NCBI GenBank assembly: GCA_963747695.1 | Contig: CAVVFV010000010.1 | Span: forward strand, 261,618-325,617 | Length of the DNA: 64,000 nucleotides | Source of the DNA: Candidatus Falkowbacteria bacterium | Lineage (GTDB): Bacteria; Patescibacteriota; Patescibacteriia; Patescibacteriales; WJLG01 | Direction: 5' to 3' | In this document: one piece after another, positions 27,618 through 37,485 of the stretch | Position numbering within the stretch: position 1 is the stretch's first letter | How the letters are laid out: every line of letters starts with the position of its first letter | Program-made: the position numbers and the translations under genes | The notes under the pieces: model-generated | Seen by the model: only the letters and a program-made list of their open reading frames with translations | The model's database searches: none | What the model was told of the DNA's origin: nothing

Positions 27618-28322
27618 TTATCTATTGCTTAGCTTATCAGACAGCAAAAATTTACGCCAATTATCAGACCTGATCTTCTCCAGCTTAGCCGCTTGGCTTA
27701 CTTTGAATTTCCCCAACTCGGTACGCCTCAATCCGGCCAGATAAGCGCCGCAGCCGAGCTTAACGCCCAGATCGGCGGCGATCGAACGGATAAAAGTTCC
27801 GGATGAGCAATGAATCAGCAAGCGCAAGTCCGGCCATTTATATTTGATAATTTTTACTCGATAAATTTCAATCAAGCTCGGTTGGCGGACAATCTCGATC
27901 CCTTTCCTTGCCAGTTCGTATAATTTTTTTCCGCCGACTTTCTTGGCCGAAAACATCGGCGGAATCTGCTCTTGCTTGCCGGTCAATGCCGCCACAATTT
28001 TTTTTATTTCTTTTTTTGTGATTGGCTCGCCTGAATAGGTCTGCAAAATCTTTCCTTCCCGGTCATAAGTATCAGTGGTGATACCCAAACGGATCAGCGC
28101 CTCGTATTTTTTATCCATTTTGACGAAGCGGCTGATCTCCCGCGTCGCGGTCCGCTCGATCGCGCAGAGCAGAAGGCCGGAGGCGGCCGGATCAAGCGTG
28201 CCGGCATGGCCGATCTTTTTTACTCCGGTGATCCGGCGCAGACGGGCGATCACCCCGAAAGACGTCGGACCATCCGGCTTGTCGATCAAAATAAATCCCT
28301 CGTTTTTTGTTTCCGGCATCAT
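27618..28322 (-). CDS. truB: tRNA pseudouridine(55) synthase
   Basis: GHAGTLDPAASGLL catalytic motif. Length and order of motifs are typical of TruB. Confidence 0.9.
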   Translation of the reverse strand: MMPETKNEGFILIDKPDGPTSFGVIARLRRITGVKKIGHAGTLDPAASGLLLCAIERTATREISRFVKMDKKYEALIRLGITTDTYDREGKILQTYSGEPITKKEIKKIVAALTGKQEQIPPMFSAKKVGGKKLYELARKGIEIVRQPSLIEIYRVKIIKYKWPDLRLLIHCSSGTFIRSIAADLGVKLGCGAYLAGLRRTELGKFKVSQAAKLEKIRSDNWRKFLLSDKLSNR

Positions 28323-29213
28323 TTAACGGTTAATGAAAAAAGCTCCCGCCAAGATTATCACGATAAAAATAAATTTCTGCGCCAGCGTTTTGCGTGAGAT
28401 ATCTTCTTTGAATATTCTCGGCAATGACAAAGTCAAAACCGTTCCCATAAACAAGACGATAAGCGGCTGGGTGCTGCCGACGATCCAGACCAAAGCCAGC
28501 GGCGCGAACAGCGAAGCATAATTAAAAATAATCTTCGCGATGATATTGATGACTTCATTGATCAGATTGACTGTTAAAATCACTTTGCCGTTAATCCGCA
28601 AAGCCGCAAATATCTGTCGGCGGTAGCTTCTGATCAAAAGCATTGCCAGGGCGAGCAGCACAAAACCGCTATATTCTCAAAAACTGGTCGTCCAAAAATC
28701 AGAAGCCGTTTCGATGAATTTAAACAGAAAGATATTGCCAGCGAATAAAAAAGGTTGCCAGCGGATTCTTTTTATTTTGGATTTGAGATCAACGGTCAGA
28801 CCGATCGCCCCGAAGATGACGAGGAGCGAGGCGGCGATTTGCAGCAACGTCAATCTTTCGTGCAAAAAAATCAATCCTAAAAAATAAGAAAAAATCGGAA
28901 TCGCCTCGCAGTAGGGAGTAGCTCGCGAGGCGTCTTCTTTTCTTAACACAAAATAGTAAGGCAAAATCGCCATGACATAAACCGCCCCGGAAACCATCAG
29001 GATAAAAATATCTTGCAGCGGAATGCGCGAGACGTCCGGCCTAGCGATAATGATGGCGGGCAGCAGCAAAAAACCGATTGCGGCCGAGAAAAAAATCAGC
29101 ACGGCCAAACCGCTTTTTTGAAAATATCGGCTGACTAAATATTTATCAAAAAAAGCCGTGATGCTCCACAAAGTCGTACTCAATAACGCTAGCCAAAACC
29201 AATTCATATTCAA
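28323..29213 (-). pseudogene. EamA/DMT-family transporter interrupted by a single in-frame TGA
   Basis: ORFs 28677..29213 and 28323..28661 are in the same frame, separated only by a TGA at 28677-28679 plus 5 sense codons. Together they make about 296 aa, a normal two-EamA-domain length. Confidence 0.6.
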
Positions 29214-29362
29214 GATATCTTAATCCTTACAATGAATAAATTATATCACGGATTAAAATTATTATCGCCTTAACCTTGACAAATATTATAAAATGGTTTA
29301 TCATATTTATTCAACTAATCAAATGAATTAATCGAAACAAAAACCTCGGCCAAGGAGCTCGT

Positions 29363-29809
29363 ATGCGCAGATTAGTGATGTTTCTGTCCGTTCTTTGCCT
29401 GGTGTTCTTTGCCAATTGCTCATACTCTTGTTTCCACGCCCGGCGTAGTTCCGCTGATCCGAGGGATACCACTCCCAAAGCTTATTTGGTCGAAGCGATT
29501 GACAGCATCACTCCCGCCGCCTTCGACACCAATGTCGCCCCGATGTCCAGAATAAAGATCTTTTTCAAAAACAAGACGCAAACAGTCAGACTGGTGCCGG
29601 GGAAAACTTTCTTCGCCGTCACCACGGTCACCGAGCATTCGGAAAACGTCGCCTGCATTGCCAAATGCTCCAAAGGATCTTTTTCTCTTGTACCGGCACG
29701 GCCGTTTTATAACGGCATAAACTATCACGTCAGCATTGCCAATCTCGGCTGCGGCGATACGCTGCTATCGGGGATGATCAACTTGACGTTCAGAGTCAGC
29801 AATCGCTAA
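29363..29809 (+). CDS. Hypothetical lipoprotein
   Basis: Signal peptide with FFANCS lipobox-like cysteine. Predicted beta-rich. Confidence 0.5.
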   Translation: MRRLVMFLSVLCLVFFANCSYSCFHARRSSADPRDTTPKAYLVEAIDSITPAAFDTNVAPMSRIKIFFKNKTQTVRLVPGKTFFAVTTVTEHSENVACIAKCSKGSFSLVPARPFYNGINYHVSIANLGCGDTLLSGMINLTFRVSNR

Positions 29810-29868
29810 TTTTCAAAAGGCCCGCGAGTAATCTCTCGCGGGCCTATTTTTTTAACAAACTTCGGTAA

Positions 29869-30426
29869 TTATCTGAGGACGCCGATCTGCATATACCAGC
29901 CTTGCGGCTTCTGGCAGAGCGGGCATTTTTCCGGCGCCTCTTTGCCTTTATGGACGTAGCCGCAATTCAAACATTTCCATTCCACTTCCGTATCGCTCTT
30001 AAACATCATACCCGATTCCAGCCGGTCAGCCATCTTCACATAGCGTTCGGCATGTTTCTCTTCCACCTCGGCGATCTCATGAAAAAGATGCGCCGCTTTT
30101 TCTTCGCCTTCTTCGCGGGCTTCTCTTTCAAAATTTGGATACATCGTTCCCCATTCGAATTTTTCCCCTTCCGCGGCGTGGCGCAAATTATCCAGCGTAT
30201 TGCCCAACGGATGTATATCGTAGGTATTGGTCATCTCGGTATGCCCGGTGATCTGTTCCAATTCCTCCTTGGCATGAGCGCGCTCATTGCCGGCGGTCTC
30301 TTCAAATACTTCCGCCGCCCAGATCAAAGTTTCCTTGCGGGCGATATCGGCGTAAAAAGTATACTTGTTCCGCGCCAGCGATTCGCCGGCGATGGCTTTC
30401 AGCAGATTGGCTTGCGTTTTGCTCAT
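29869..30426 (-). CDS. Rubrerythrin
   Basis: Ferritin-like diiron E..H motifs (ERAHAKEE, EGEKFEW, EEKHAERY) plus a C-terminal CLNCGY...CPLC rubredoxin domain. Confidence 0.85.
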   Translation of the reverse strand: MSKTQANLLKAIAGESLARNKYTFYADIARKETLIWAAEVFEETAGNERAHAKEELEQITGHTEMTNTYDIHPLGNTLDNLRHAAEGEKFEWGTMYPNFEREAREEGEEKAAHLFHEIAEVEEKHAERYVKMADRLESGMMFKSDTEVEWKCLNCGYVHKGKEAPEKCPLCQKPQGWYMQIGVLR

Positions 30427-30444
30427 AAATTTATGGCTTAATTA

Positions 30445-31428
30445 TTAATGCTCTAAAACTTTTATCTCGCCTTGATTATTGGTTGCCTTGATTTTCATCA
30501 CGCCGCCGAGAGGCAAGGTCAGATAAGGGTCAGTGTGGCCAAAATCCAGATTGGCGATGATCGGCAGGCCGCGCAGCTCTTTCTTGGTGCTAATTATTTT
30601 TTCCAAAATCGGTCTGGTCATTTTTGAAGCGTTCTGAAAACGGCCGATTAAAATCCCCTTTACTCCGCTAAAACCCGGCTGATGGATCAGCGATTGCCAG
30701 TCACGGTCAAAATCCCGCGGCCAGGATTCCTCATCGTCTTCGATCAACAAGATGGAATTTTTCAAGTCAGGCCGATATTCGGTTCCTTGCAACAGATTAA
30801 AAGTACAAAGATTGCCACCGACGGTTTGTCCTTCAGCTTTTCCTTCCTGGATAATCCACCAGCCCGGATTAGGAATGAAATTCCGGTTTTCTTGATCTTT
30901 GAACCAAGCATCGTCGCTCCACTCCTGGCTCGGCAGCAGCATGAACGGTTCAGCGGCGAATAAACATTTTTGGAAATAATCCAGGGTATATTCTCCGCCC
31001 TTTTTTGCGCCAAAGGTGGAAAAATGCGGCCCTTGATAGGTAACTAACCCGGCTTTAGCGTTAAAAGCTCCATGTAAGGCCGTGATATCGGAAAACCCGC
31101 AAAAGATCTTGGGATTTTTTTTGATCAATTTATAATCGATATATCTTAAAAGCTGATTGGAATTATAACCGCCGACCACGGTCAAAATCCCTTTGACATT
31201 CTGGTCGGCAAAAGCGGCGTGTAGGTCTTCGACCCTTGAGCGGATTGAGGCCGAAAAAAAATCTTCGTCGCTTTCTTCGACGTGCCGACCAAAAGTTATC
31301 TGCAAACCCAGCGCGGCCAATTTTTCCTCGGCGATCTTTCTGGTTTCCGGCGAGATAATCGCCAGGCTGCGGGCCGGAGCGATAACGCGAACTTCATCGC
31401 CGGCTTTTAATTTTTGAGGAATGATCAT
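30445..31428 (-). CDS. LD-carboxypeptidase (peptidase S66 family)
   Basis: CGFSDITALH serine nucleophile motif and C-terminal GHT.P motif. Confidence 0.8.
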   Translation of the reverse strand: MIIPQKLKAGDEVRVIAPARSLAIISPETRKIAEEKLAALGLQITFGRHVEESDEDFFSASIRSRVEDLHAAFADQNVKGILTVVGGYNSNQLLRYIDYKLIKKNPKIFCGFSDITALHGAFNAKAGLVTYQGPHFSTFGAKKGGEYTLDYFQKCLFAAEPFMLLPSQEWSDDAWFKDQENRNFIPNPGWWIIQEGKAEGQTVGGNLCTFNLLQGTEYRPDLKNSILLIEDDEESWPRDFDRDWQSLIHQPGFSGVKGILIGRFQNASKMTRPILEKIISTKKELRGLPIIANLDFGHTDPYLTLPLGGVMKIKATNNQGEIKVLEH

Positions 31429-31438
31429 CTGTTTAAGA

Positions 31439-31927
31439 TTAAATTTTCTTATTCATAAATATGCAAGGAATTTTTTCTCCGTAAATTAAGATGATCGTCT
31501 TTTTAATCGGCTGATAGCCGTTTTTCTGGTAAAACCCGACAGCGGACAAACTGGAATTAAGCGCTAATTTTTTTATCCCTTTTTCCTTTGCCCGCTTTTC
31601 CAGGGCGGAGACGATTTTCCCGCCGATGCCGCGGCGGACTTGGCCGCAGGAAACATACATCCCGGAAATCATTTTCTTTTCAAGATTCAAAATTCCCTGA
31701 CCAATTACCGACCCCTCGTCTTCGGCGGCTAAAATAAACCGCCCGCCCGAGCTGATCATTTTCCGATAGCCAGTAGCGCTGATCGAATGCTTCAGCGCCC
31801 AAATCTGCCGTCCATTGTAAAACGGCTTGTTTAATCTGCTTATCGTAATTTTTGCCAGCCGGCTCATCGCTCCGGCATCGGCATTTTTCGCCTTTCTAAG
31901 TTTCATAACTGATCGATTATATTCCAA
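31439..31927 (-). CDS. GNAT-family N-acetyltransferase
   Basis: RRGIGGKIVSALEKRAKEKG acetyl-CoA binding motif. Confidence 0.75.
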   Translation of the reverse strand: MEYNRSVMKLRKAKNADAGAMSRLAKITISRLNKPFYNGRQIWALKHSISATGYRKMISSGGRFILAAEDEGSVIGQGILNLEKKMISGMYVSCGQVRRGIGGKIVSALEKRAKEKGIKKLALNSSLSAVGFYQKNGYQPIKKTIILIYGEKIPCIFMNKKI

Positions 31928-32029
31928 TTATATTCCAATTTCCCTTTAAAAACAATTCCTTTTGACAAAAACCGCCGCAGAGATTAAGATATCGGGAACG
32001 TCCTTTTTCTATTTACACCGGAGGTAGTC

Positions 32030-32815
32030 ATGAAAAAACATCGCTCATTCCTAACTTGCGGCTGGATCATTTTTATTGCCTTGTCAGTTTCGGCGCAAAA
32101 TGACTATTTAAACGAGAAGACTGTCACCCGCTATCTTGAAGCACATTTTTCCAGCGCCAATTCCTGGTGGCTGATTGAAGACGGGAAAGACAGCGCCTTA
32201 GCCGGAAAAATCGTGCAGCTGATCGATTATTTCGGTCGATTCAAGGGGAAGATTCCTCCCACTACCGAACTGGGTTTTTTCCTGGCTGGAAAGCCGACTT
32301 TCCGCTTCGGCTATCTTTTCGATGATTCAGTTTATTATCCGGCATCGATCAACGGGCCGAATAACAAAGCGGAGTTGTCGATCTGCTTCGTTCCTTTTCA
32401 CTATCGGAACGATCGGCCATTCGCCAGCTACGACCAAAAGGAAAAACGCTTGGTTTTTTTGGCAGTCGACTGTCCAAAAAATATTTTTGCCGCTTTCTTT
32501 TTCGGCGGGTTGCAATCAGCCGCCCTTGGCTCGACAAAAAATGATCTCAGCCTCAACCGATCCGCGCTGAAAACGGCGGCCGACATCCTCGACCGCGCCA
32601 GCGAGTATTTGTTTTTCAATTACTTAGACAGCGTCTTGGCCGCTCATCGAGGCGAAAATCCGCTGGAGCAAATCAGTGTCGATGATTTGAAAAATATCGA
32701 TACCTTGGTCGGCGCCGAGAAAATGGGTTTGGAGCTCGCCCAAGCGATCCTGCCGGTCTATGTCGAAGGGTTGAAATACCGCTTGATGATGCTGCATTAT
32801 CGCCAACAGAGATAA
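32030..32815 (+). CDS. Hypothetical exported protein
   Basis: Signal peptide (IFIALSVSAQN). No recognised family. Confidence 0.5.
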   Translation: MKKHRSFLTCGWIIFIALSVSAQNDYLNEKTVTRYLEAHFSSANSWWLIEDGKDSALAGKIVQLIDYFGRFKGKIPPTTELGFFLAGKPTFRFGYLFDDSVYYPASINGPNNKAELSICFVPFHYRNDRPFASYDQKEKRLVFLAVDCPKNIFAAFFFGGLQSAALGSTKNDLSLNRSALKTAADILDRASEYLFFNYLDSVLAAHRGENPLEQISVDDLKNIDTLVGAEKMGLELAQAILPVYVEGLKYRLMMLHYRQQR

Positions 32816-32848
32816 GCCGGGGCTTGAACAAGCCCCGGCCTTTTATTT
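32816..32848 (+). terminator. Intrinsic terminator
   Basis: GCCGGGGCTT-GAAC-AAGCCCCGGC followed by CTTTTATTT. Confidence 0.7.
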
Positions 32849-32923
32849 ATCCTTGACAAAAGAGACAGTATTTGTTAATATTTTATCAAACAAAAACCTT
32901 TTCTTCTCACAAAAGGGGACAAA

Positions 32924-33427
32924 ATGAAAAAAAATCCGATCCTTAAACGTGTCGCAGATTTGGGAGACTGTATCGCTATTGATTTACCTCCTGATCTGAA
33001 AAACCTCATTCCCGTGAAAGACGGCATGGTGATCAAAACCGAAACGCATAATCATCCGAAAGCCGGCCAGCACGACGAATTGGCGCAGGCCGAGGTCTAC
33101 CGGCGCGCAAATGACCATAGCCATTTTACTTCTTTTGCCCACCAGGGAATGGCCAGAGGTGTAATAGATAAAACTCCCGTTGCGCCCCCACTCTCCAATG
33201 ATCAGAAACCTTCACTTGTCGTCCCGCCCGATAGCGGCGCAACTAACCCGAATTCCGTGATCGGCAAACCATCCGCCATTCTCGAATCAAAAAGCAATCT
33301 GATTGGCGTTCGCTCACCGTCGCGCTGCAAAATAATCGGTAACGCAAAACCTCGAAAAAAAAGACAAGTTATCGCGACCATCATCCGCCAAGGCAATATC
33401 TCGGAAATGGGGATAGTGGAAATTTAG
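32924..33427 (+). CDS. Hypothetical protein
   Basis: 167-aa ORF preceded by AAAGGGGA. No recognised family. Confidence 0.45.
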   Translation: MKKNPILKRVADLGDCIAIDLPPDLKNLIPVKDGMVIKTETHNHPKAGQHDELAQAEVYRRANDHSHFTSFAHQGMARGVIDKTPVAPPLSNDQKPSLVVPPDSGATNPNSVIGKPSAILESKSNLIGVRSPSRCKIIGNAKPRKKRQVIATIIRQGNISEMGIVEI

Positions 33428-33441
33428 CGGCCAACAACAAA

Positions 33442-33475
33442 CCCGGGAACTTTTTGCTCCCGGGCTTTTTATTTT
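33442..33475 (+). terminator. Intrinsic terminator
   Basis: CCCGGGA-loop-TCCCGGG followed by CTTTTTATTTT. Confidence 0.65.
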
Positions 33476-33591
33476 GTATTTTGCATAATTGTGAGGGTCG
33501 GCGAATTCATTTCGTGACCCGAGCCTCCTTGGAAGGGGGAGTATTGATACCGCCGCGGCGGGACTGTCAAGGCGTTTCCCCCTCAAAAGTT

Positions 33592-35352
33592 TTATTCCAT
33601 AAATCCGCCAGCCTGCAATTCCCAAAGATGGCGATACAAGCCGTTTGGTTTCTTTTCCAATTCTTCGTGCGTGCCTTCTTCTTTGATTTTTCCTTCATCG
33701 ATGAAAATTATCCGGTCCATCTTGCGGATGGTCGAAAGACGATGAGCGATGACGATCACAGTCTTTTCCTTCATCAATTTCTCCAAAGCATCCTGAATCA
33801 AGCCTTCCGATTCTGAATCAAGTGAGGAAGTCGCTTCGTCCAAAACCAAGATCGGCGCGTTGCGCAAAATCGCCCGGGCGATGGCGACGCGCTGGCGTTC
33901 GCCACCGGACAATTTGATGCCGCGCTCACCGACAAAAGTATCATAGCCTTCCGGCAGGTCTTCGATGAATTCATGGCAATGCGCCATTTTCGAAGCTTTG
34001 ATTATTTCCGCTTCGGAAGCTCCCGGGCGGCCATAACGGATATTTTCCTTCAAGCTGCGGTGGAACAGGACCGGATCCTGCGGCACCAGGCTGATATTTT
34101 TCCAGAGGCTTTCCTGGGTAACGGCGGCGATATTCTGGCCGTCGATCAAAATTTTCCCGCCGGTCAGATCAAAATTCCGCAAGAGTAATTTTATCACGGT
34201 GGTCTTGCCCGCGCCGGAAGGGCCGATCAAAGCGATCTTTTCTCCGGCTTTGATCCGCAGATTAAAGTCGGACAAAATTTTTCTGGTTTCATGATAGCAG
34301 AAAACAACTTCTTTGAATTCGATTGCGCCGTCTTTTACTTCGAGTTCCTTGGCGCCCGGATGATCAAGGATGTCCGGCACGGTTTGCAAGAGCGTGGTCA
34401 TTTCTTCGGCGTCGGAAAAAGACCGATAAAAAGTCCTCACCATCCGTCCGAATTGCCAAGACTGGCCGATGATCATGATCACGTATGATTGCACCAAGAC
34501 GAAATCGCCGGGCGTAAACGAACCGTTCCGCCAAAGACGAACGGCGAAGATCAACAGGCCGAATTCCAAAAAAACCATCAACAGCGAGGAAGTGCCGTTG
34601 AATAATTCTTCCGTGCTCCAGGCATACTGCATTTTTTTCCTGGTATCTTCAGTCAGATCGGCGAAGGATCTGTTTTCGCGCTTATGCCCGTTGAATAATT
34701 TAATGCTGGAAAAATTAGTGATAGTATCGGATAAAAAACCGGTGGTTTTGGAAATCGCTTCAGTTTCCATCACATCAAATTTGTATTTCCAGGTGGCAAA
34801 GAAAAAATTCAGAGTAAAAAATATCGCCAGCCAGATCAACGTCGCCAACCCCATCGCCAGATTACGGTAAACGAGGACCGAGACGATAACCGCCATTTCG
34901 ACGATCATCGGCAATAAATTCCAGAAAAAATTATCAGTGATCGTTTCAAAGGCGCGGGTGAAGTAGTTGACTTTTTTTACCAGCGAGCCGGAAAAATTAT
35001 CGGTGAAAAAAGAAAAAGATTGCAGATGCAGATGTTTGAAGCTGGCGTTATTCATTTCGGCGATCAGGCGGGATACGATCCTGATATCCAGAATGATGGC
35101 GATGCGCCAAAGCGCCCAGCGCAAAAAAGACAAACCGGCCGCGATCAGCAACAAAATCAGAGCGCTATGAAAAATCTCCGCTCTCACGCCCGGCGCGGAG
35201 ATTACGTCGATGACCCGCTTAAAATAAATCGGCACGATGGCTTCGAAAACGCTCGCCGCCATAATGCAGATGGCCACGGCAAAAAACACCACCTTCCGTT
35301 TGCCGATATGGCTCCAATAGATCTTGATTGTCGTAAATGCCTTGCTTTTCAT
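33592..35352 (-). CDS. ABC transporter, fused permease/ATP-binding protein (type I exporter, MsbA-like)
   Basis: Six N-terminal TM helices. Walker A GPSGAGKTT, signature LSGGERQR, Walker B ILVLDEATS. Confidence 0.9.
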   Translation of the reverse strand: MKSKAFTTIKIYWSHIGKRKVVFFAVAICIMAASVFEAIVPIYFKRVIDVISAPGVRAEIFHSALILLLIAAGLSFLRWALWRIAIILDIRIVSRLIAEMNNASFKHLHLQSFSFFTDNFSGSLVKKVNYFTRAFETITDNFFWNLLPMIVEMAVIVSVLVYRNLAMGLATLIWLAIFFTLNFFFATWKYKFDVMETEAISKTTGFLSDTITNFSSIKLFNGHKRENRSFADLTEDTRKKMQYAWSTEELFNGTSSLLMVFLEFGLLIFAVRLWRNGSFTPGDFVLVQSYVIMIIGQSWQFGRMVRTFYRSFSDAEEMTTLLQTVPDILDHPGAKELEVKDGAIEFKEVVFCYHETRKILSDFNLRIKAGEKIALIGPSGAGKTTVIKLLLRNFDLTGGKILIDGQNIAAVTQESLWKNISLVPQDPVLFHRSLKENIRYGRPGASEAEIIKASKMAHCHEFIEDLPEGYDTFVGERGIKLSGGERQRVAIARAILRNAPILVLDEATSSLDSESEGLIQDALEKLMKEKTVIVIAHRLSTIRKMDRIIFIDEGKIKEEGTHEELEKKPNGLYRHLWELQAGGFME

Positions 35353-35496
35353 AAAAAATTACGGCTTCGGGCGCGAAAGCCCAAGCCGGTTATACTAATA
35401 TATACGTAAATGAACGTAAATCGTTACACTTAAAAAGCGGCCGCGACTATCGTCGTGACCGCCTGTTTCTAATTTACTCTAACCCTCCAGTATTGA

Positions 35497-36819
35497 CTAC
35501 TTGGCGGGTTGCAGTTCGACAGCCAGCTCTTCCTTCAAAACCCGGAAGATCTCTGCCACCGGATCGGGCGACGTGAGAAACTGTCTGCCCCCGACGAAGA
35601 AATTGCCGCCGTACTCCTTTGCTCCGGCAAAAGTACCGGTCCGTTTTTGTTCATTCTTACCTGCTTCGGGAGAGCGAAGCGCGGGAATGACAATAACCGC
35701 TTCGGGATATTTCTTCCGCAGCATTGCCGCTTCTTCGGCTGAGCAGACAAAGCCGCGCGCCCCCGCGTCGTAGGCGATCTGCGCCAGCTTCTCCACTTGG
35801 GGCAGCGGCAGGCGACAGAAAATCTCCTCGGACTGCGGGCCAATTGAAGTCAGAACCGTTACTGCCAACACAATGGTCGGAGTTCCAGCCATTCCTTCGA
35901 CTGCAGCCTTGACCATTTCACCGGCACCGGAAGCGTGAACGGTAACTGCCCAAGGCGGCGTTTTCCGCAAACGGTTACAGTAATTTGTTATGGTGGGAGG
36001 AATGTCGTGCCACTTGGGGTCATACATTACCCGCGCGTAGACGGAAAGGTCAGCGATCAATTCGTTTACATTGTCAATCATGGAAAAATCATTAATTTTG
36101 GCAATGCAACCGCTTGGACGCAGACGATCAAGTAAGGAAAAAACTTCTTCCCGTGGCTTGCCGTCATAGGCAACGATCAAGGGATTGATCTTTTCGAGTT
36201 CCGGATCGCAGCGTTCCATCAGTTTGTTTTCGACGAGAAAACGACGCACATGATGCAACGTCATTCCGGCCCAGACTTCGACATCGCCGAAACCGGCTTC
36301 GGCCAGCTTCTTCTGCCAGCCCTGCTGACGGTCGACCAAAACTACGATCGCGACAATGACGGCTCCGACCGCCCGAAGTTCCGTAAGCGGCGCCAACTTC
36401 GAAGCGCCGTCGGTTACGACGTCGTCAACGATCACCACTCGGTCACCGCGTTTTATATCGCCGATCAGTTTCCCTTTTGTTACGCGTCCAAGCTTGGCCT
36501 CTTCCCTGATAGTTACCAGCGGTATGCCGGTGATGACGGAAAGATGGCCGGCCAGCGGACTGACCGCGTCCGGCACTTCGACGATCCGATCAACATGCAG
36601 CCGCCGCACCGGATTTTCGTATAGCCCGGCCAGGTAGCCGATCAGTTCAGGATGGCTGCGCATGTCGCGCAAGTTGATGTACACGTCAGTAGAGCCGCCT
36701 TTTTTGAGCGGCAAGCTCCGCTTGTTGTCCCACTTGATAATACCGGTTTTTACCATCTTCTGGCACGCCTCTTCCTGCTCGAGTTCGGCCAGCCAAGGAG
36801 AATCGCTGATCTTCTTCAT
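35497..36819 (-). CDS. Bifunctional orotate phosphoribosyltransferase / orotidine-5'-phosphate decarboxylase (UMP synthase-like fusion)
   Basis: N-terminal PRTase motif VVIVDDVVTDGAS. The C-terminal half has DPKWHDIP and OMP-decarboxylase-like motifs. The Met at 36819 is preceded by an AAAGGG RBS. Confidence 0.75.
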   Translation of the reverse strand: MKKISDSPWLAELEQEEACQKMVKTGIIKWDNKRSLPLKKGGSTDVYINLRDMRSHPELIGYLAGLYENPVRRLHVDRIVEVPDAVSPLAGHLSVITGIPLVTIREEAKLGRVTKGKLIGDIKRGDRVVIVDDVVTDGASKLAPLTELRAVGAVIVAIVVLVDRQQGWQKKLAEAGFGDVEVWAGMTLHHVRRFLVENKLMERCDPELEKINPLIVAYDGKPREEVFSLLDRLRPSGCIAKINDFSMIDNVNELIADLSVYARVMYDPKWHDIPPTITNYCNRLRKTPPWAVTVHASGAGEMVKAAVEGMAGTPTIVLAVTVLTSIGPQSEEIFCRLPLPQVEKLAQIAYDAGARGFVCSAEEAAMLRKKYPEAVIVIPALRSPEAGKNEQKRTGTFAGAKEYGGNFFVGGRQFLTSPDPVAEIFRVLKEELAVELQPAK

Positions 36820-36931
36820 ATCAACCCTTTCGTTAAGGTGAATATTAGTTATGCGTGTTAAAAAAGTACATTCCAATCATCACAATTTATCCGATAATTA
36901 CAACAAAGTCAATAAGTTGAAAAAGGTGTCG

Positions 36932-37399
36932 TTATTTTTTCAAGATGATATTTTCACCAAGACTTATTCCCATTTTTTTAACCAGACCTCCGTTAACTTC
37001 CAAAACGTATTTCGCCGGGGCGGCTGATTGATAGGTCGGACAGGGGTCAGCGGTGCAGGGTAAAAAATTATTTTTAAGATCGACGATCTTTTGGTCGGCC
37101 GAGATGAAAATCATATCTAGGGGGATCAAAGTATTCTTCATCCAGAAGGATTGGATCGACTCTTGGGGAAAAATAAATAGCATGCCGGAATCGGCCGGCA
37201 ACGACGGGCGATACATCAAGCCTCTAGACCATTGGGCCGGAGTCTTAGCCAATTCAGCGTGAATGATAAAATTCGGGTGGCTCGCCGACAAAACATCGAT
37301 CGTCTTAGCTTTATAGAAAAATAAAAACAAATAGGCCGCGCCGGCGGCGATAATTATCAGGCTGAAAAAGATTATAAAACTCCTGTTTATAACTTTCAT
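36932..37399 (-). CDS. DUF192-family protein
   Basis: GLMYR..L....GMLF.F......FWMKNT..PLD..F motif pattern with an N-terminal TM anchor. Confidence 0.7.
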   Translation of the reverse strand: MKVINRSFIIFFSLIIIAAGAAYLFLFFYKAKTIDVLSASHPNFIIHAELAKTPAQWSRGLMYRPSLPADSGMLFIFPQESIQSFWMKNTLIPLDMIFISADQKIVDLKNNFLPCTADPCPTYQSAAPAKYVLEVNGGLVKKMGISLGENIILKK

Positions 37400-37485
37400 A
37401 TCAACATAATTACTCGGTAGGAACGCGATACCTTGCGTTCTACAGCCGACGTTTCAATACCCAAGGAACGCAAAGTATTGCGTTC

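Noticed and set aside
28677-28679. An alternative genetic code (TGA as a sense codon, as in some CPR lineages) to explain the in-frame TGA.
   Set aside because: Nearly all genes give full-length products under the standard code. Several genes end at TGA at the expected protein C-terminus (for example 1960 and 2530). A global reassignment is therefore not supported.
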